Assembly (NCBI RefSeq): GCF_001194135.2
Contig: NC_068999.1
Span: 16,201,755 to 16,265,754, forward strand
Origin: Octopus bimaculoides
Taxonomy: Eukaryota
Length of the DNA stretch: 64,000 nt
Reading direction: 5' to 3'
The notes under the pieces were generated by a model. The model searched no databases, was not told where the DNA came from, and saw only the letters and a list, made by a program, of their open reading frames with translations. Both the position numbers and the translations under genes were made by a program. This document shows, piece after piece, positions 10,962-22,348 of the stretch; within the stretch, counting starts at the first letter, position 1; the number at the start of each line of letters is the position of its first letter.

Positions 10962-11474
10962 AACAACAAACCAGATGAGGACAAATATCCGTCAAATGTA
11001 AATAATATTCACGATCTGAGTACAAGTTCCGCCGACTTTGCCTTTCATCCTTTCGGGGTCGATTAAATAAGTACCAGTTACGCACTGGGGCCGATGTAAT
11101 CGACTTAATCCATATCCCCAAATTTGAGGCCTTGTGCTTCCAGGAGAAAGGATTGTTTCAATACGTATATATATATTTATGTATGAGTTTGCACATGCGC
11201 ATATAGGTTAATAAATGTTCGGTAAATAGCGAAACATCTATTCGTTGTTGAAAAGACTGATCCTCTTGGGACACAGCAAAATAAACAAATGAAGGACCAT
11301 ATCTGAGCGATTGCTTTGCAGTGATGTTAATGCCTACGAATAGAACGGAGAATCGAAACCGATTCGGCTCTTTCAGCGCGCACGCCAGTGATTACGCTTA
11401 CTCAAAGACATTAAGTATCCGTAACGCCGCCATTGATGTTACGCTTCTTAACATTTAAATTACCCTCATGTATT

Positions 11475-11495
11475 GCGATTATCTCAGATCCTGCT

Positions 11496-11544
<49 letters not shown>

Positions 11545-11833
11545 CATCAGTAGTAGTAGTAGTGGCAGCAGTAGTAGTAGTAGTGGTGGTGGTGGTAATG
11601 GTTGTAGAAGTGGTGGTGGATGAAGTATTTATAGTAGTAGTGGTGGTGGTAGTAATAGTGGTGGTGATGGCGGTGGTAGTAGTAGTAGTAGAGGTGGTAT
11701 GAGTAGTAGTTATAATAGTAGTAGTGTGTAGGTGGTGGTAGTGATTGTGATGACTGTGGTAGTGGTGGTGGACGTAGTAGTAGTAGCTGTAGTAGTATTA
11801 GTATATATGTTCCGTATGTATGATCTGCAGTAT

Positions 11834-11896
<63 letters not shown>

Positions 11897-11900
11897 CAGA
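11475..11900 (+). repeat. (TAG)n/(GGT)n compound microsatellite
   Basis: Directly visible. Confidence 0.95.
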
Positions 11901-11939
11901 ATGTGGATGAGGGAGGATGTAGGAACGCTGGTGTACGAC

Positions 11940-12200
11940 AAAGCAAGACCAGATTAATTTAGTCGACAGAAACTGTGCGGAAGCCTTTGCTATATACCCA
12001 CGTACACGTGCACCTCCGAGTACACACGTTGACGTATACACGCACACTGACACAAAAGACGTATGTTTGTGTACGCACGCATCATTTAGTGTTACGTTAA
12101 GCAGCGCTTGAGAACCGGTGTTTGTTTGTTTACGCTTGTTTCTTTACCAACAGGTTCGGTAGAAAAGAAGGAGCTGAAAGAATTAAGTATCAGAATTAAC
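11940..12200 (+). mobile_element. Decayed, 5'-truncated family-A-related SINE
   Basis: gatta..ttagtcgacagaaactg..ggaagcc...ttgagaaccggtgtttg.ttgtttacg...ggttcggtagaaaaga...aagaattaagta. Confidence 0.5.
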
Positions 12201-12243
12201 TATGCCTAAAACCATCAAAGATAATGTTTCTTAAGGGTCTTAA

Positions 12244-12407
12244 CAGGACAAATCGAACCCAATACTTTTTTTTTTCTCAGCCCAGTACTTATTCTATCGG
12301 ACTTTTTGCTGAACCGCTAATTTATAGCAACGAAAACACACCAACACCGGTTGGGAATCGGTGATGGTGGACAAACACGGACTCAAAGACTCGCACACAA
12401 AATGTAT

Positions 12408-12458
<51 letters not shown>

Positions 12459-12617
12459 TACATACATACATACATACGACGGATTTATTTCAGTCTCCGT
12501 TTACCAAACCAACCACAACACCTTAGTTGGCCCGAGGCTACACTAGAAGACACTTGCCACGCAGTGAGACTGAACTGGGAACAGTTTGGTTAGTAAGCAA
12601 GCATCTTACCACATAGC
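12244..12617 (-). mobile_element. Family-A SINE with internal (CA)n/(TACA)n
   Basis: cagtacttattctatcgg...gaaccgctaa...ctagaagacacttgcc.cgcagtg.gactgaac...tagtaagcaagcatcttaccaca. Confidence 0.8.
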
Positions 12618-12631
12618 ATCAATATAGACAA

Positions 12632-12679
<48 letters not shown>

Positions 12680-14046
12680 NNNNNNNNNNNNNNNNNNNNN
12701 NNNNNNNNNNNNNNNNNNNNNNNNNNNNNNNNNNNNNNNNNNNNNNNNNNNNNNNNNNNNNNNNNNNNNNNNNNNNNNNNNNNNNNNNNNNNNNNNNNNN
12801 NNNNNNNNNNNNNNNNNNNNNNNNNNNNNNNNNNNNNNNNNNNNNNNNNNNNNNNNNNNNNNNNNNNNNNNNNNNNNNNNNNNNNNNNNNNNNNNNNNNN
12901 NNNNNNNNNNNNNNNNNNNNNNNNNNNNNNNNNNNNNNNNNNNNNNNNNNNNNNNNNNNNNNNNNNNNNNNNNNNNNNNNNNNNNNNNNNNNNNNNNNNN
13001 NNNNNNNNNNNNNNNNNNNNNNNNNNNNNNNNNNNNNNNNNNNNNNNNNNNNNNNNNNNNNNNNNNNNNNNNNNNNNNNNNNNNNNNNATATATATATAT
13101 ATATATGTGTGTGTGTATATATAAAGCTGACGCTTCCCTCAATGAATACATGTGTGAGGGAATATACGGAGCTGCTTGCGCTACTATTAGCTCAATGTTA
13201 CTCGCTTACAGACACTGTGAAAATGCTGTGAAAATAGCCGTTACTGTTGTGGTTCCTAGCGTTATTTCCATGAAATATTATTTAGCAAACAAGCAATCTT
13301 CCTTCTTTCGCCTTAGCTAATATATATATTTATATGTAAGAAGAAAAAGAAATTGTGTGTGGTGGGTGCAGCATTCAAATTTTGAAATATATTTTATTTA
13401 CCCTCTGTACATATTGTTGCATAACTATATAATTTTAAATAATTATTTAATTATACAATGTTACTAATTATATTTTTGATGTATTCGATAATATTGCGTT
13501 ATATATATATATATATAACGAACGAAACTCTCCTCGTAGAGAGACGCAAACAAACATTACGATACATATATACATACGTGTATTTGTATGTATTTCTGTG
13601 TGTGCGTAGGCATATATATATATACACATAAATATCTACAGATATATATACACATTCATATCTACACACGCATACACACACATATATATTGGTTTCTTTA
13701 TGCATGTAATATATATGTATGTGCATATATNNNNNNNNNNNNNNNNNNNNNNNNNNNNNNNNNNNNNNNNNNNNNNNNNNNNNNNNNNNNNNNNNNNNNN
13801 NNNNNNNNNNNNNNNNNNNNNNNNNNNNNNNNNNNNNNNNNNNNNNNNNNNNNNNNNNNNNNNNNNNNNNNNNNNNNNNNNNNNNNNNNNNNNNNNNNNN
13901 NNNNNNNNNNNNNNNNNNNNNNNNNNNNNNNNNNNNNNNNNNNNNNNNNNNNNNNNNNNNNNNNNNNNNNNNNNNNNNNNNNNNNNNNNNNNNNNNNNNN
14001 NNNNNNNNNNNNNNNNNNNNNNNNNNNNNNNNNNNNNNNNNNNNNN

Positions 14047-14077
<31 letters not shown>

Positions 14078-14384
14078 AGCAGTCTATGTGGATGGATGTG
14101 TAACATAATTAGAAAGATTAGAGTTACGTAATGCAGAAGCATTGAAACACACAACCCCCTCCCACACACTGACACAAACTTACACACACATACACTTCTG
14201 TGTTTGACATTTTGGGTTTTTTTCTTCTGCGTGTGTGATATATATCGAGAACTGATGAAGATTAATTAAGGTTAATTAATGAATTTTGCTATTGAGTACA
14301 TTCAATTTCTTTTAAAAATTATTGTGCATTTAAATGGTATATCTTCGAGTTCAACATATGCCTTTTTCTTTAACTGAATATTCT

Positions 14385-14805
14385 TCCTGACTCAAGGCAC
14401 AAAGCCCGTATTTTTGTGGGGAGGGGCCCAGTCGAATAGATCGACCTTCAGTACGCAACTGGTACTTAATTTATTGGTACTGTAAACATGAATGTTATAG
14501 TCAACCTCTGTGGAATTTGAACACAGAACATTAAGACAGACGAAATACCGCTAAGCATTTCGCCCAGCGTACCAACGTTTCTTATTTCTTTATTGCCCAA
14601 AAGGGGCTAAACATAGAGGGGACAAACAAGGACGGACAAAGGGATTAAGTCGATTACATCGACTCCAGTGGGTAACTGGTACTTATTTAATCGATCCCGA
14701 AAGGATGAAAGGCAAAGTCGACCTCGTCGGAATTTGAACTCAGAACGTAATACCGCTTAGCATTTCGCCCGACGTGCTAACGTTTCTGCCATCTCGCCGC
14801 CTTTC
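14385..14805 (-). mobile_element. Two tandem family-B SINE copies; 14590-14805 is near-intact
   Basis: gattaagtcgattacatcgactccagtgggtaactggtacttatttaatcgatcccgaaaggatgaaaggcaaagtcgacctcgtcggaatttgaactcagaacgt...cgtgctaacgtttctgccatctcgccgcctt. Confidence 0.85.
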
Positions 14806-14952
14806 TTTAACTGAATATTATTTTTGTTCTTGTTAGTGTCGGTGTAATTTCATATTTTGCTCTTGTTGTTTGTGTTATGTTTGTGAATATTTCAGCGATG
14901 TTGGTGTTGCTAGTGGTTCCACTGGCCGTGGTGTGTGTTATATTCATGTGTG

Positions 14953-14992
<40 letters not shown>

Positions 14993-16526
14993 TATCTTTT
15001 TTCGCTGTTTGTATTCCACGGATATTCTTCTTTCGAGATATATATTTTGAGTTATAATCTCGTTATTATATACGCGCAATACAAATAACAGCGTAAAAAA
15101 CAGAGAGATCAGATTTTAATGTACATTAAACTCGCAACAACGTTTACATGTATTTATCAAATACACAAAAACGCACAGTGTATGCACACATAGACATGCA
15201 CACACTATATCCCGCACTCATACATTTACACACACAAACTCATTCCCCCCTACACACACACACATTTATCTACATTCACACAACCATATTTTTGTATGTA
15301 TACAGGAAATTCCTAATAACGATTAATTTAGGACACAGTTTTTTGTAAAAATTAAGTTGATTACATTAAGGAGAAGAGGTTGTTTGTAACCCCATAATTT
15401 TGATGACAATAAAAGTTAGATAACCATGTATATTCTAAGTATTTTTTATCCACATATCTGCATGTTTAAAGATGGAGAAAAGGGGAGAGAGACAGTTTGA
15501 GACACCACAACCTTAAGGTGCAACGTACTNNNNNNNNNNNNNNNNNNNNNNNNNNNNNNNNNNNNNNNNNNNNNNNNNNNNNNNNNNNNNNNNNNNNNNN
15601 NNNNNNNNNNNNNNNNNNNNNNNNNNNNNNNNNNNNNNNNNNNNNNNNNNNNNNNNNNNNNNNNNNNNNNNNNNNNNNNNNNNNNNNNNNNNNNNNNNNN
15701 NNNNNNNNNNNNNNNNNNNNNNNNNNNNNNNNNNNNNNNNNNNNNNNNNNNNNNNNNNNNNNNNNNNNNNNNNNNNNNNNNNNNNNNNNNNNNNNNNNNN
15801 NNNNNNNNNNNNNNNNNNNNNNNNNNNNNNNNNNNNNNNNNNNNNNNNNNNNNNNNNNNNNNNNNNNNNNNNNNNNNNNNNNNNNNNNNNNNNNNNNNNN
15901 NNNNNNNNNNNNNNNNNNNNNNNNNNNNNNNNNNNNNNNNNNNNNNNNNNNNNNNNNNNNNNNNNNNNNNNNNNNNNNNNNNNNNNNNNNNNNNNNNNNN
16001 NNNNNNNNNNNNNNNNNNNNNNNNNNNAAAACAATTAGCGCGACATATTTTGTTTATCACTTTTTTTTTTCTTTTTTTTTTGTGTTTTTCAAATCAATCA
16101 AAGGAAATTTAATGATCCAGCTTCGCCGTATTGGCAATGGTCAAAACAAACTAAGAAAAAAAAAAACACGCTAATGAATATTCAATTGCTTTAAAGTTTT
16201 CTTTTTTTCCTTGGGCTTTAAAATATCCGTTATATGCATTCCGTAATAATTTCAAAAAATAAAGAAATAAAATTTAAAAAATGCATAAAAATGCACTTTT
16301 TCATAAACATAATTTTCCCCAAAATATTAAACAAATATGAGTACGTGAATAAATACTTGTATACAAGGTGTTTCTCTGTTTACATTTATGTACGTGTTCA
16401 TGTGGGCATATGTTTGTGTGGTTTTCATCTGTATATTCGATGTATATTTTAAAATGCCAACATGGATTGCAATCTATATAAACACACTTCATAGACATAT
16501 GTCTATAAACGTTAATTTATCTTCAG

Positions 16527-16647
16527 CAAAACTTTAAAAAAAAATAGAACTAGAAATCAAGCCAACGCAGGTCAGGCAAGTACACCTGTACAGTCGGTAC
16601 ACCTCCTAACGTCCGGTAGCAGTCGTAGTAGTAGCCGAAGTAAAAAC

Positions 16648-16683
<36 letters not shown>

Positions 16684-16749
16684 TGTAGTAGTGGCAGCAG
16701 CAGCAGTAGTAGTAGTAATTATCCTCTCGGACTGACGAATATACATTAG
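16527..16749 (+). CDS. Possible terminal coding exon (Ser-rich tail), host gene unidentified
   Basis: Acceptor ttaatttatcttcAG at 16525-16526. Open frame KTLKKNRTRNQANAGQASTPVQSVHLLTSGSSRSSS...NYPLGLTNIH* followed by AT-rich DNA with AATAAA motifs near 17510-17560. The opposite strand is also open here, so the call is ambiguous. Confidence 0.3.
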
Positions 16750-16925
16750 CCGTTAATCTTTCGTGCTTGTTATTCGTGCACAGATTCGATTTTTCCTGTA
16801 AACCCCACGTCCTCCCCCCCCCCTCGTAAACTTTTTTTTGAAATGTCCCATCCCATTGACGCCCTTGTGGCAAACAACAGAAATAATCGCCATCGTAGTT
16901 GTTATTATTATAATTATTATTAATA

Positions 16926-16956
<31 letters not shown>

Positions 16957-17691
16957 TTTACTTTTGTAATTAATAAATCTCCCCTTGGCACACAATCAAT
17001 ATTATTTATAATTAATTCGTTATTTATAATTTATCTTTTTGTTCCTTTTTTTCTTTTCCTGTTATTTTAACTCCCGTTTGTAAGGCCATGTACTTTTTGA
17101 CTTTTTGTGTCCTTTTCTTTTTGTATTGATTGTGTTACTTTTTTTTTTTTTGCTTTGGTTCTCTCTCTCTCTCTCTCTCTTTCTCTTGGTTCGATGTAAT
17201 ATAATCCTTTTCTTTTTTTTTAATCTCCTGGTCATAGAGTTTAAACATTAGTTGTAAAAACAGCTACCAGCCTAACAGATATAATGAGCTTAAACTTCAA
17301 GTAGAGCATCAAGGAAAAATAACAACAACAACAACAAACACCACCACCATCACCACCACTACTACTACTACTGCTACTACTACTACTACTGAATTGACGG
17401 AAGTGGCTTCTAATTATTATAAAAACACCAAGTAAACGTATAAAAAATTATTCTGTTTATGAGGTAAACCAGTCATCGATAGGTAGCTAAATAAGTTAAT
17501 TGCGAATTGAATAAAGATCAGGTTAATAGTTATATTAATGAGAATAAAATAAATAAATAAATAAATAACAAGTCTTTCAAGGATAAAATACTACTGTCGA
17601 TTTAAACATGTAAATTAATCTACGGATATATAAATAGTTTAAGGGATTTATGCTGTTTTTTTTTTTTTGATGTGCTGCTGTAATTAATAAT

Positions 17692-18030
17692 AATAATGGT
17701 TTCAAATTTTGCCACAAGGGCAGCAATTATGAGGTAGGGGATGAATCAATTACATCGACCCCAGTGCTTCACTGGTACTTAATTTGTTGATCCCGAATGG
17801 ATGAAAGGCAAAGTCGACTTCAGTGGAATTTGAACTCAGAATGTAAAAAAAAAAACGGACGATATGCTGCTAAGCATTTAGCCTGGCGTGCTAACGATTT
17901 TGGCAACTCGAATGGTCCCCAGTATTTCAATGGTGTCTGTTTATCGAATCCTGTAAAAAAAAAAAAAAAAAAAAAAAGGTAAAGATGACCTCGGCGGGAT
18001 TTCGACTCACACCGTAAAGGGTCGTGATGA
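17692..18030 (-). mobile_element. Family-B SINE (17692-17905) plus adjacent fragment
   Basis: ggtttcaaattttgccacaagg...catcgaccccagtgc..actggtactt...ggatgaaaggcaaagtcgac...gaatttgaactcagaa...tggcgtgctaacgatt. Confidence 0.8.
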
Positions 18031-18039
18031 TTCTATCAA

Positions 18040-18335
18040 TCCACAAATTGTAATATAAGTCCTTGTGCTATGATAAGGGTCCGAATATAGAACAGTGTGC
18101 TTGCATCGGGTAAGAAATCTTCGCAAGTTTTGTATAACATGCACCTCCTGTTATCTCCCTCTCTATTAAGGAGAGATATCTGATACAGCAATGGGTGATG
18201 TTTGTGATGTTGTTGATGCTGTTTACACACTGCTGAAGAATGATTGAGTTGACAGACTTCTAATAAAAGACATCCCAACCACGATCATAATCCCGCCATC
18301 TTTCTTTGACTTTTTCGGGCGGTATTTTTCCATGT
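18040..18335 (-). pseudogene. Possible highly decayed mariner-type transposase fragment
   Basis: Across frameshifts: RPKKSKK..GIMI, EGDNRRCMLYKTCEDFL (cf. HHDNARPH..KT.EFL) and VLYSDPYHS..DL (cf. VLPHPPYSPDL). The match is weak. Confidence 0.4.
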
Positions 18336-19014
18336 GTCATTTAAGTATTTATAGAAGAAAAAAAAAAAACCCAAAAACTAAAAACAAATACAATGGCTTA
18401 ATATGATTTCAGAGAAATTGGCTGCTATTTCTGGCGGATTCAATGACCNNNNNNNNNNNNNNNNNNNNNNNNNNNNNNNNNNNNNNNNNNNNNNNNNNNN
18501 NNNNNNNNNNNNNNNNNNNNNNNNNNNNNNNNNNNNNNNNNNNNNNNNNNNNNNNNNNNNNNNNNNNNNNNNNNNNNNNNNNNNNNNNNNNNNNNNNNNN
18601 NNNNNNNNNNNNNNNNNNNNNNNNNNNNNNNNNNNNNNNNNNNNNNNNNNNNNNNNNNNNNNNATATATATATATATATATATATATAAAGTATTAAAGT
18701 ATGTATGTACTTATAAGATAACGTCTGTAGGAATGATTGGATGGTTAAATGGTTAGATGGATGGATTGAAGGACGATGGATTGATAGACAGCTGGACGGG
18801 ATGTTGTAGATTAGGCAGCGTAATTAAAATAAGTACAAATGCATACTTAGTACTGCATTGTAACGAGGGCGGATGGATCGGTCATTTACTGAAATCAGTT
18901 TGTAGTTTCCTTGACGAACACACGAACACAGCAAAACAAGAATGCAGGATATCAGAAAATCTCATGCATTCACTGAAGTTAGTTAAAGCTAACGGTACCG
19001 AGACCGTTCATTTG

Positions 19015-19055
<41 letters not shown>

Positions 19056-19352
19056 ATACAGCCTGTCTGTCTGTTTATAGAATGAGAGAAGCGTTCATGT
19101 ATATAGCTATACGTTTGCTTACATGTATGTATTTATATATGTATCTAAATAGGTATANNNNNNNNNNNNNNNNNNNNNNNNNNNNNNNNNNNNNNNNNNN
19201 NNNNNNNNNNNNNNNNNNNNNNNNNNNNNNNNNNNNNNNNNNNNNNNNNNNNNNNNNGAGCGTGTGTTTTGCATGTGTGTGTGTGTGTATCTCTATGAGT
19301 ATGCATTTATGTGTATATACATACATGCATATATACATGCATATACGCTCAC

Positions 19353-19437
19353 ATAGCATAGCAAATTTTCTTTGTTTTATAAGCCAAGGCGGACACGATG
19401 CGGTCCTCGTTGTAGATCCGATCGAAGTACTTAAGCA
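19353..19437 (-). CDS. Probable internal coding exon (85 nt), host protein not recognised
   Basis: Long pyrimidine tract ttctttcttccgttattcctccgtttctttcgtgtAG and donor GTGAGC. Frame xLKYFDRIYNEDRIVSALAYKTKKICYAx has mostly C/G-ending codons, and the segment is GC-rich against the AT-rich background. Confidence 0.55.
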
Positions 19438-20221
19438 CTACACGAAAGAAACGGAGGAATAACGGAAGAAAGAATTGAAAGTAAGAAAGAAGAACGTAGG
19501 AAAACAGACCGGAAGGAATGTAGAATGGAGTTAAAGAATGAACAAATCATCATTGTAATATTAGTAAATATAGGTACGTAACTAAGAGGTGTTAAAGAGG
19601 TTGTTTACCAGCGCTTTCTTTTTGTTTTTTGTTTTTTACGATACATGAATAAACGCTTGGTTTTATATGTACTTTCATAATGCTATTAGTTTCACCTGGT
19701 ACATTTGTTTTAGAAACTATTTTCGTCGTGTATTACTAGTTATTGCTTCGAGCATGGGATATTTAACAGCAGAATCACTAGCGTATGGTATAATAATGCG
19801 TTAGTACGTCCAATTACCATTCTTAACGTTATATGCTCGAACCCCACCGAGACCAATTTTTATAGGTTATATGTCAATTTTGGGATTCAGAAAATACAGT
19901 ACCAGTAATTACCAGTAATTTTCTTGATCTAATTTTGATGTTTTTAACCCTTTTGCTTGTGTAAGTTGTCATTTATTGGTTGAAGATATTAGATCTTTAG
20001 AACCGTGAGAGCGTCTTACAAAGTCTCTTGCGACTTTTAGTGGCGGCCCAAGAAGTTTTGAATTTATATACTACCGATGTCGATTTTCATTTTTATTCTT
20101 CAAGGGTCCCAAAACTAAAGCACCAACCATATACTAAGGCTGACATTATAGACTATATTCTCAATCTCCATTCTGAAAGAAATTTCAGCCTACGTAAGTA
20201 AATATCATTTATTGCCTCTGC

Positions 20222-20430
20222 ATTAAGAGACGGCATGGATTGTTAAATTCTGTAGCATTGAAGGGCAACGTGCCTTGCGTTATATGCTCCATCGTTTTAT
20301 ATAGTGAGTTCAAATCCAGTCAAGATCATATTTATGATTCATCCTTTCGAGCTCTTTCGAATAAATTACCAGCTATGTGCTGGAATCTATGTACTCGTCT
20401 GTTTCCCCCTATCTCCAAAATATCTGGCCT
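20222..20430 (+). mobile_element. Decayed family-B SINE
   Basis: gtgagttcaaatccagtcaagatcatattt.tgattcatcctttcgag...ataaattaccag...tatctggccttgtgcc. Confidence 0.65.
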
Positions 20431-20851
20431 TGTGCCTATGAATGAAAAATATTTTCAGCTTCTCTTTGTGCTACTGCTGTGCGACTGCTTATAGACGTTC
20501 TGCCGATTCCTCTGCTGAAGCTATTGCTAATACTACTACTACTGCTACTGCCTGTGGCAGCGCTGCTGTAACTGCTGCTGGTGGCAGCGCTGCTGTAACT
20601 GCTGCTGGTAGCAGGGTTGCCGCTGCTGCTGCTGTTGTGTTTGCAATTGTTGATATTATTTATATTGTTATCATTGTCGATAGGGAATGTGACTGGATTC
20701 CATGGAATCAAAATCGTGTAGGAAGTGCTGTAACTCTAAAGATGGTATCACTGGGAATATTTTTGAGTAATGCTGTTATTGTCGTTGTTGGTGATGGTGG
20801 TGGTAGTGGAGTTTATGGTAATGAAGTTGTCGTTGTAGGTGGTGATTATAA

Positions 20852-21490
20852 TAGTGGTTTCAAATTTTGGCACAAGACTAGCAATTTTCGGTGGTAGGGC
20901 GTTTACTCGATTATACCAACCTCAACACTCAACTGGTTTACCGATCCTAAAAGAATGAAAAGCAAATTCAACGGCGACGGAATTGAAACTCAAAACGTAA
21001 TGAGCTCGATGAAATATCGGATTCAAATTTTGGCAAAAGGCCACAGAGACGGGAGAGTAGGTAAGAAGATTACGTCAGACCCGTTGCTCAACTGGTACTT
21101 ATTTTATCGACCCGGAAAGGATGAAAAGCAAAGTTCACCTCGGAAGAATTTGAACTCAGAACTTAAATACAGACGAAATACTTTTAAGCATTTTGCCCGA
21201 CGTGCTAACGATTCGGACAACTTCTCTTCTTCAACCGAAGAAATATTGCAAAGCATTTTTTCTGAAGCTCTAAAGATTTTGCTATCTCGGTGACTTTCGT
21301 CGTTACAATAGTGACAGTATGATTACGGAAATGATATTTTCTCCTATAGGCACAAGGCCTACAATTTTGGAGGAAGGGACCAATCGCTCCCATCAGACCC
21401 AGTGCTCCGGTCGTACTTATTTCATCGACACCGAAACAATGAAAGGCAAAGTCGACGGCATTTGAACTCATAAGGCTAAGAGAGACGAAA
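20852..21490 (-). mobile_element. Three family-B SINE copies in head-to-tail cluster
   Basis: Units start at about 20852 (gtggtttcaaattttggcacaag), 21020 (attcaaattttggcaaaaggcc) and 21335 (ctataggcacaaggcc), each with gaaaggatgaaa..caaagt..ac..gg.atttgaactca. Confidence 0.8.
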
Positions 21491-21950
21491 TCATTTTGTT
21501 CGGTATGGCAGGTCTTCCATCTTCGTACTCTGGATTCAAATGCCACTTTAAGTTGATAGGTGATGAATATGATATCTATGATGTTGAAGATGATTATGAT
21601 AATTATATATAGATAAATGATATTGCTTTTATAGTAAATATTGACTTTGGTTCTTTTTATGCGTCTTTTTTTTACATGTTTTAAATAGGATAAAACTCAG
21701 TGTCCCTGATCTTCTGAGGGACCTGCTAAACTGGTGAAAGACGCTGAAACCGAAGACGTTGCCCAACGTCTCGCTACAGAATTGTCTCTGCAATGCACAA
21801 AAGGTACAAGAAAGTAACACAATCTTAAAGTAGATGATAGAGAGTTATTGCACCTGTTGTCATTGTCATTTAGCCCAAGGTAAAACCCGATAATCATAAC
21901 CACTTAAATTCCAGTCATCGTTCTGTAAGATCATATTATATTGTGAACAA

Positions 21951-22348
21951 GGCGCAGGAGTGGCTGTGTGGTAAGTAGATTGCTTACCAACTACATGGTT
22001 CCGGGTCCATTCCCACTGCGTGGCACCTTGGGCAAGTGTCTTCTACTATAGCCTCTCTGGCCGACCAAAGCATTGTCAGTGGATTTGGCAGACGGAAACT
22101 GAAAGAAGCACGTCATATATATGTATATATATATATGTGTGTTTGTATATGCTTGTGCGTCTGTGTTTGCCCCCCCCCCGCCTCCAACATCGCTTAACAA
22201 CCGATGGTGGTGTGCTTACGTCCTCGTAACCGAGCGATTCGGCAAAAGGGTCCAATAGAATAAGTACTAGGCTTCCAAAGAATAAGTCCTGGGGTCGATT
22301 TGCTCGATTAAAAAGGCGGTGCTCCAGCATGGCAGCAGTCAAATGACT
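21951..22348 (+). mobile_element. Family-A SINE, near full length
   Basis: ggcgcaggagtggctgtgtggtaagtag.ttgcttaccaac.acatggttccggg..ca.tcccactgcgtggcaccttgggcaagtgtcttctactatagcc...aaggcggtgctccagcatggc.gcagtcaaatgact. Confidence 0.9.

Larger units (their letters stand above)
10386..11010 (+). mobile_element. tRNA-headed hammerhead element, copy 4 (full head), interrupted by a family-C SINE in its (AAT)n linker
   Basis: Head ggcatacggcgtagtggttaagagcgcgggctactaactccaagattccGAGTTCGATTC at 10387-10460, (AAT)n at 10461-10508, body resuming near 10864 (aacatcgaaaaatac...). Confidence 0.85.
10033..11155 (+). mobile_element. Family-B SINE split by the inverted hammerhead-element pair (5' part 10033-10107, 3' part 11011-11155)
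   Basis: The SINE reads ...gtatttcgcccgtctttACGTTCTGA, then the insertion, then ACGATCTGAgtacaagttccgccgactttgcctttcatcctttcggggtcg... The 9-bp duplicated junction has one mismatch. Confidence 0.75.

Noticed and set aside
20553-20606. 27-bp tandem duplication gtggcagcgctgctgtaactgctgctg
   Set aside because: An ordinary slippage duplication within a (CTG)-rich simple repeat.
21700-21825. Open plus-strand stretch SSEGPAKLVKDAETEDVAQRLATELSLQCTK
   Set aside because: No convincing acceptor in frame and no recognisable homology.
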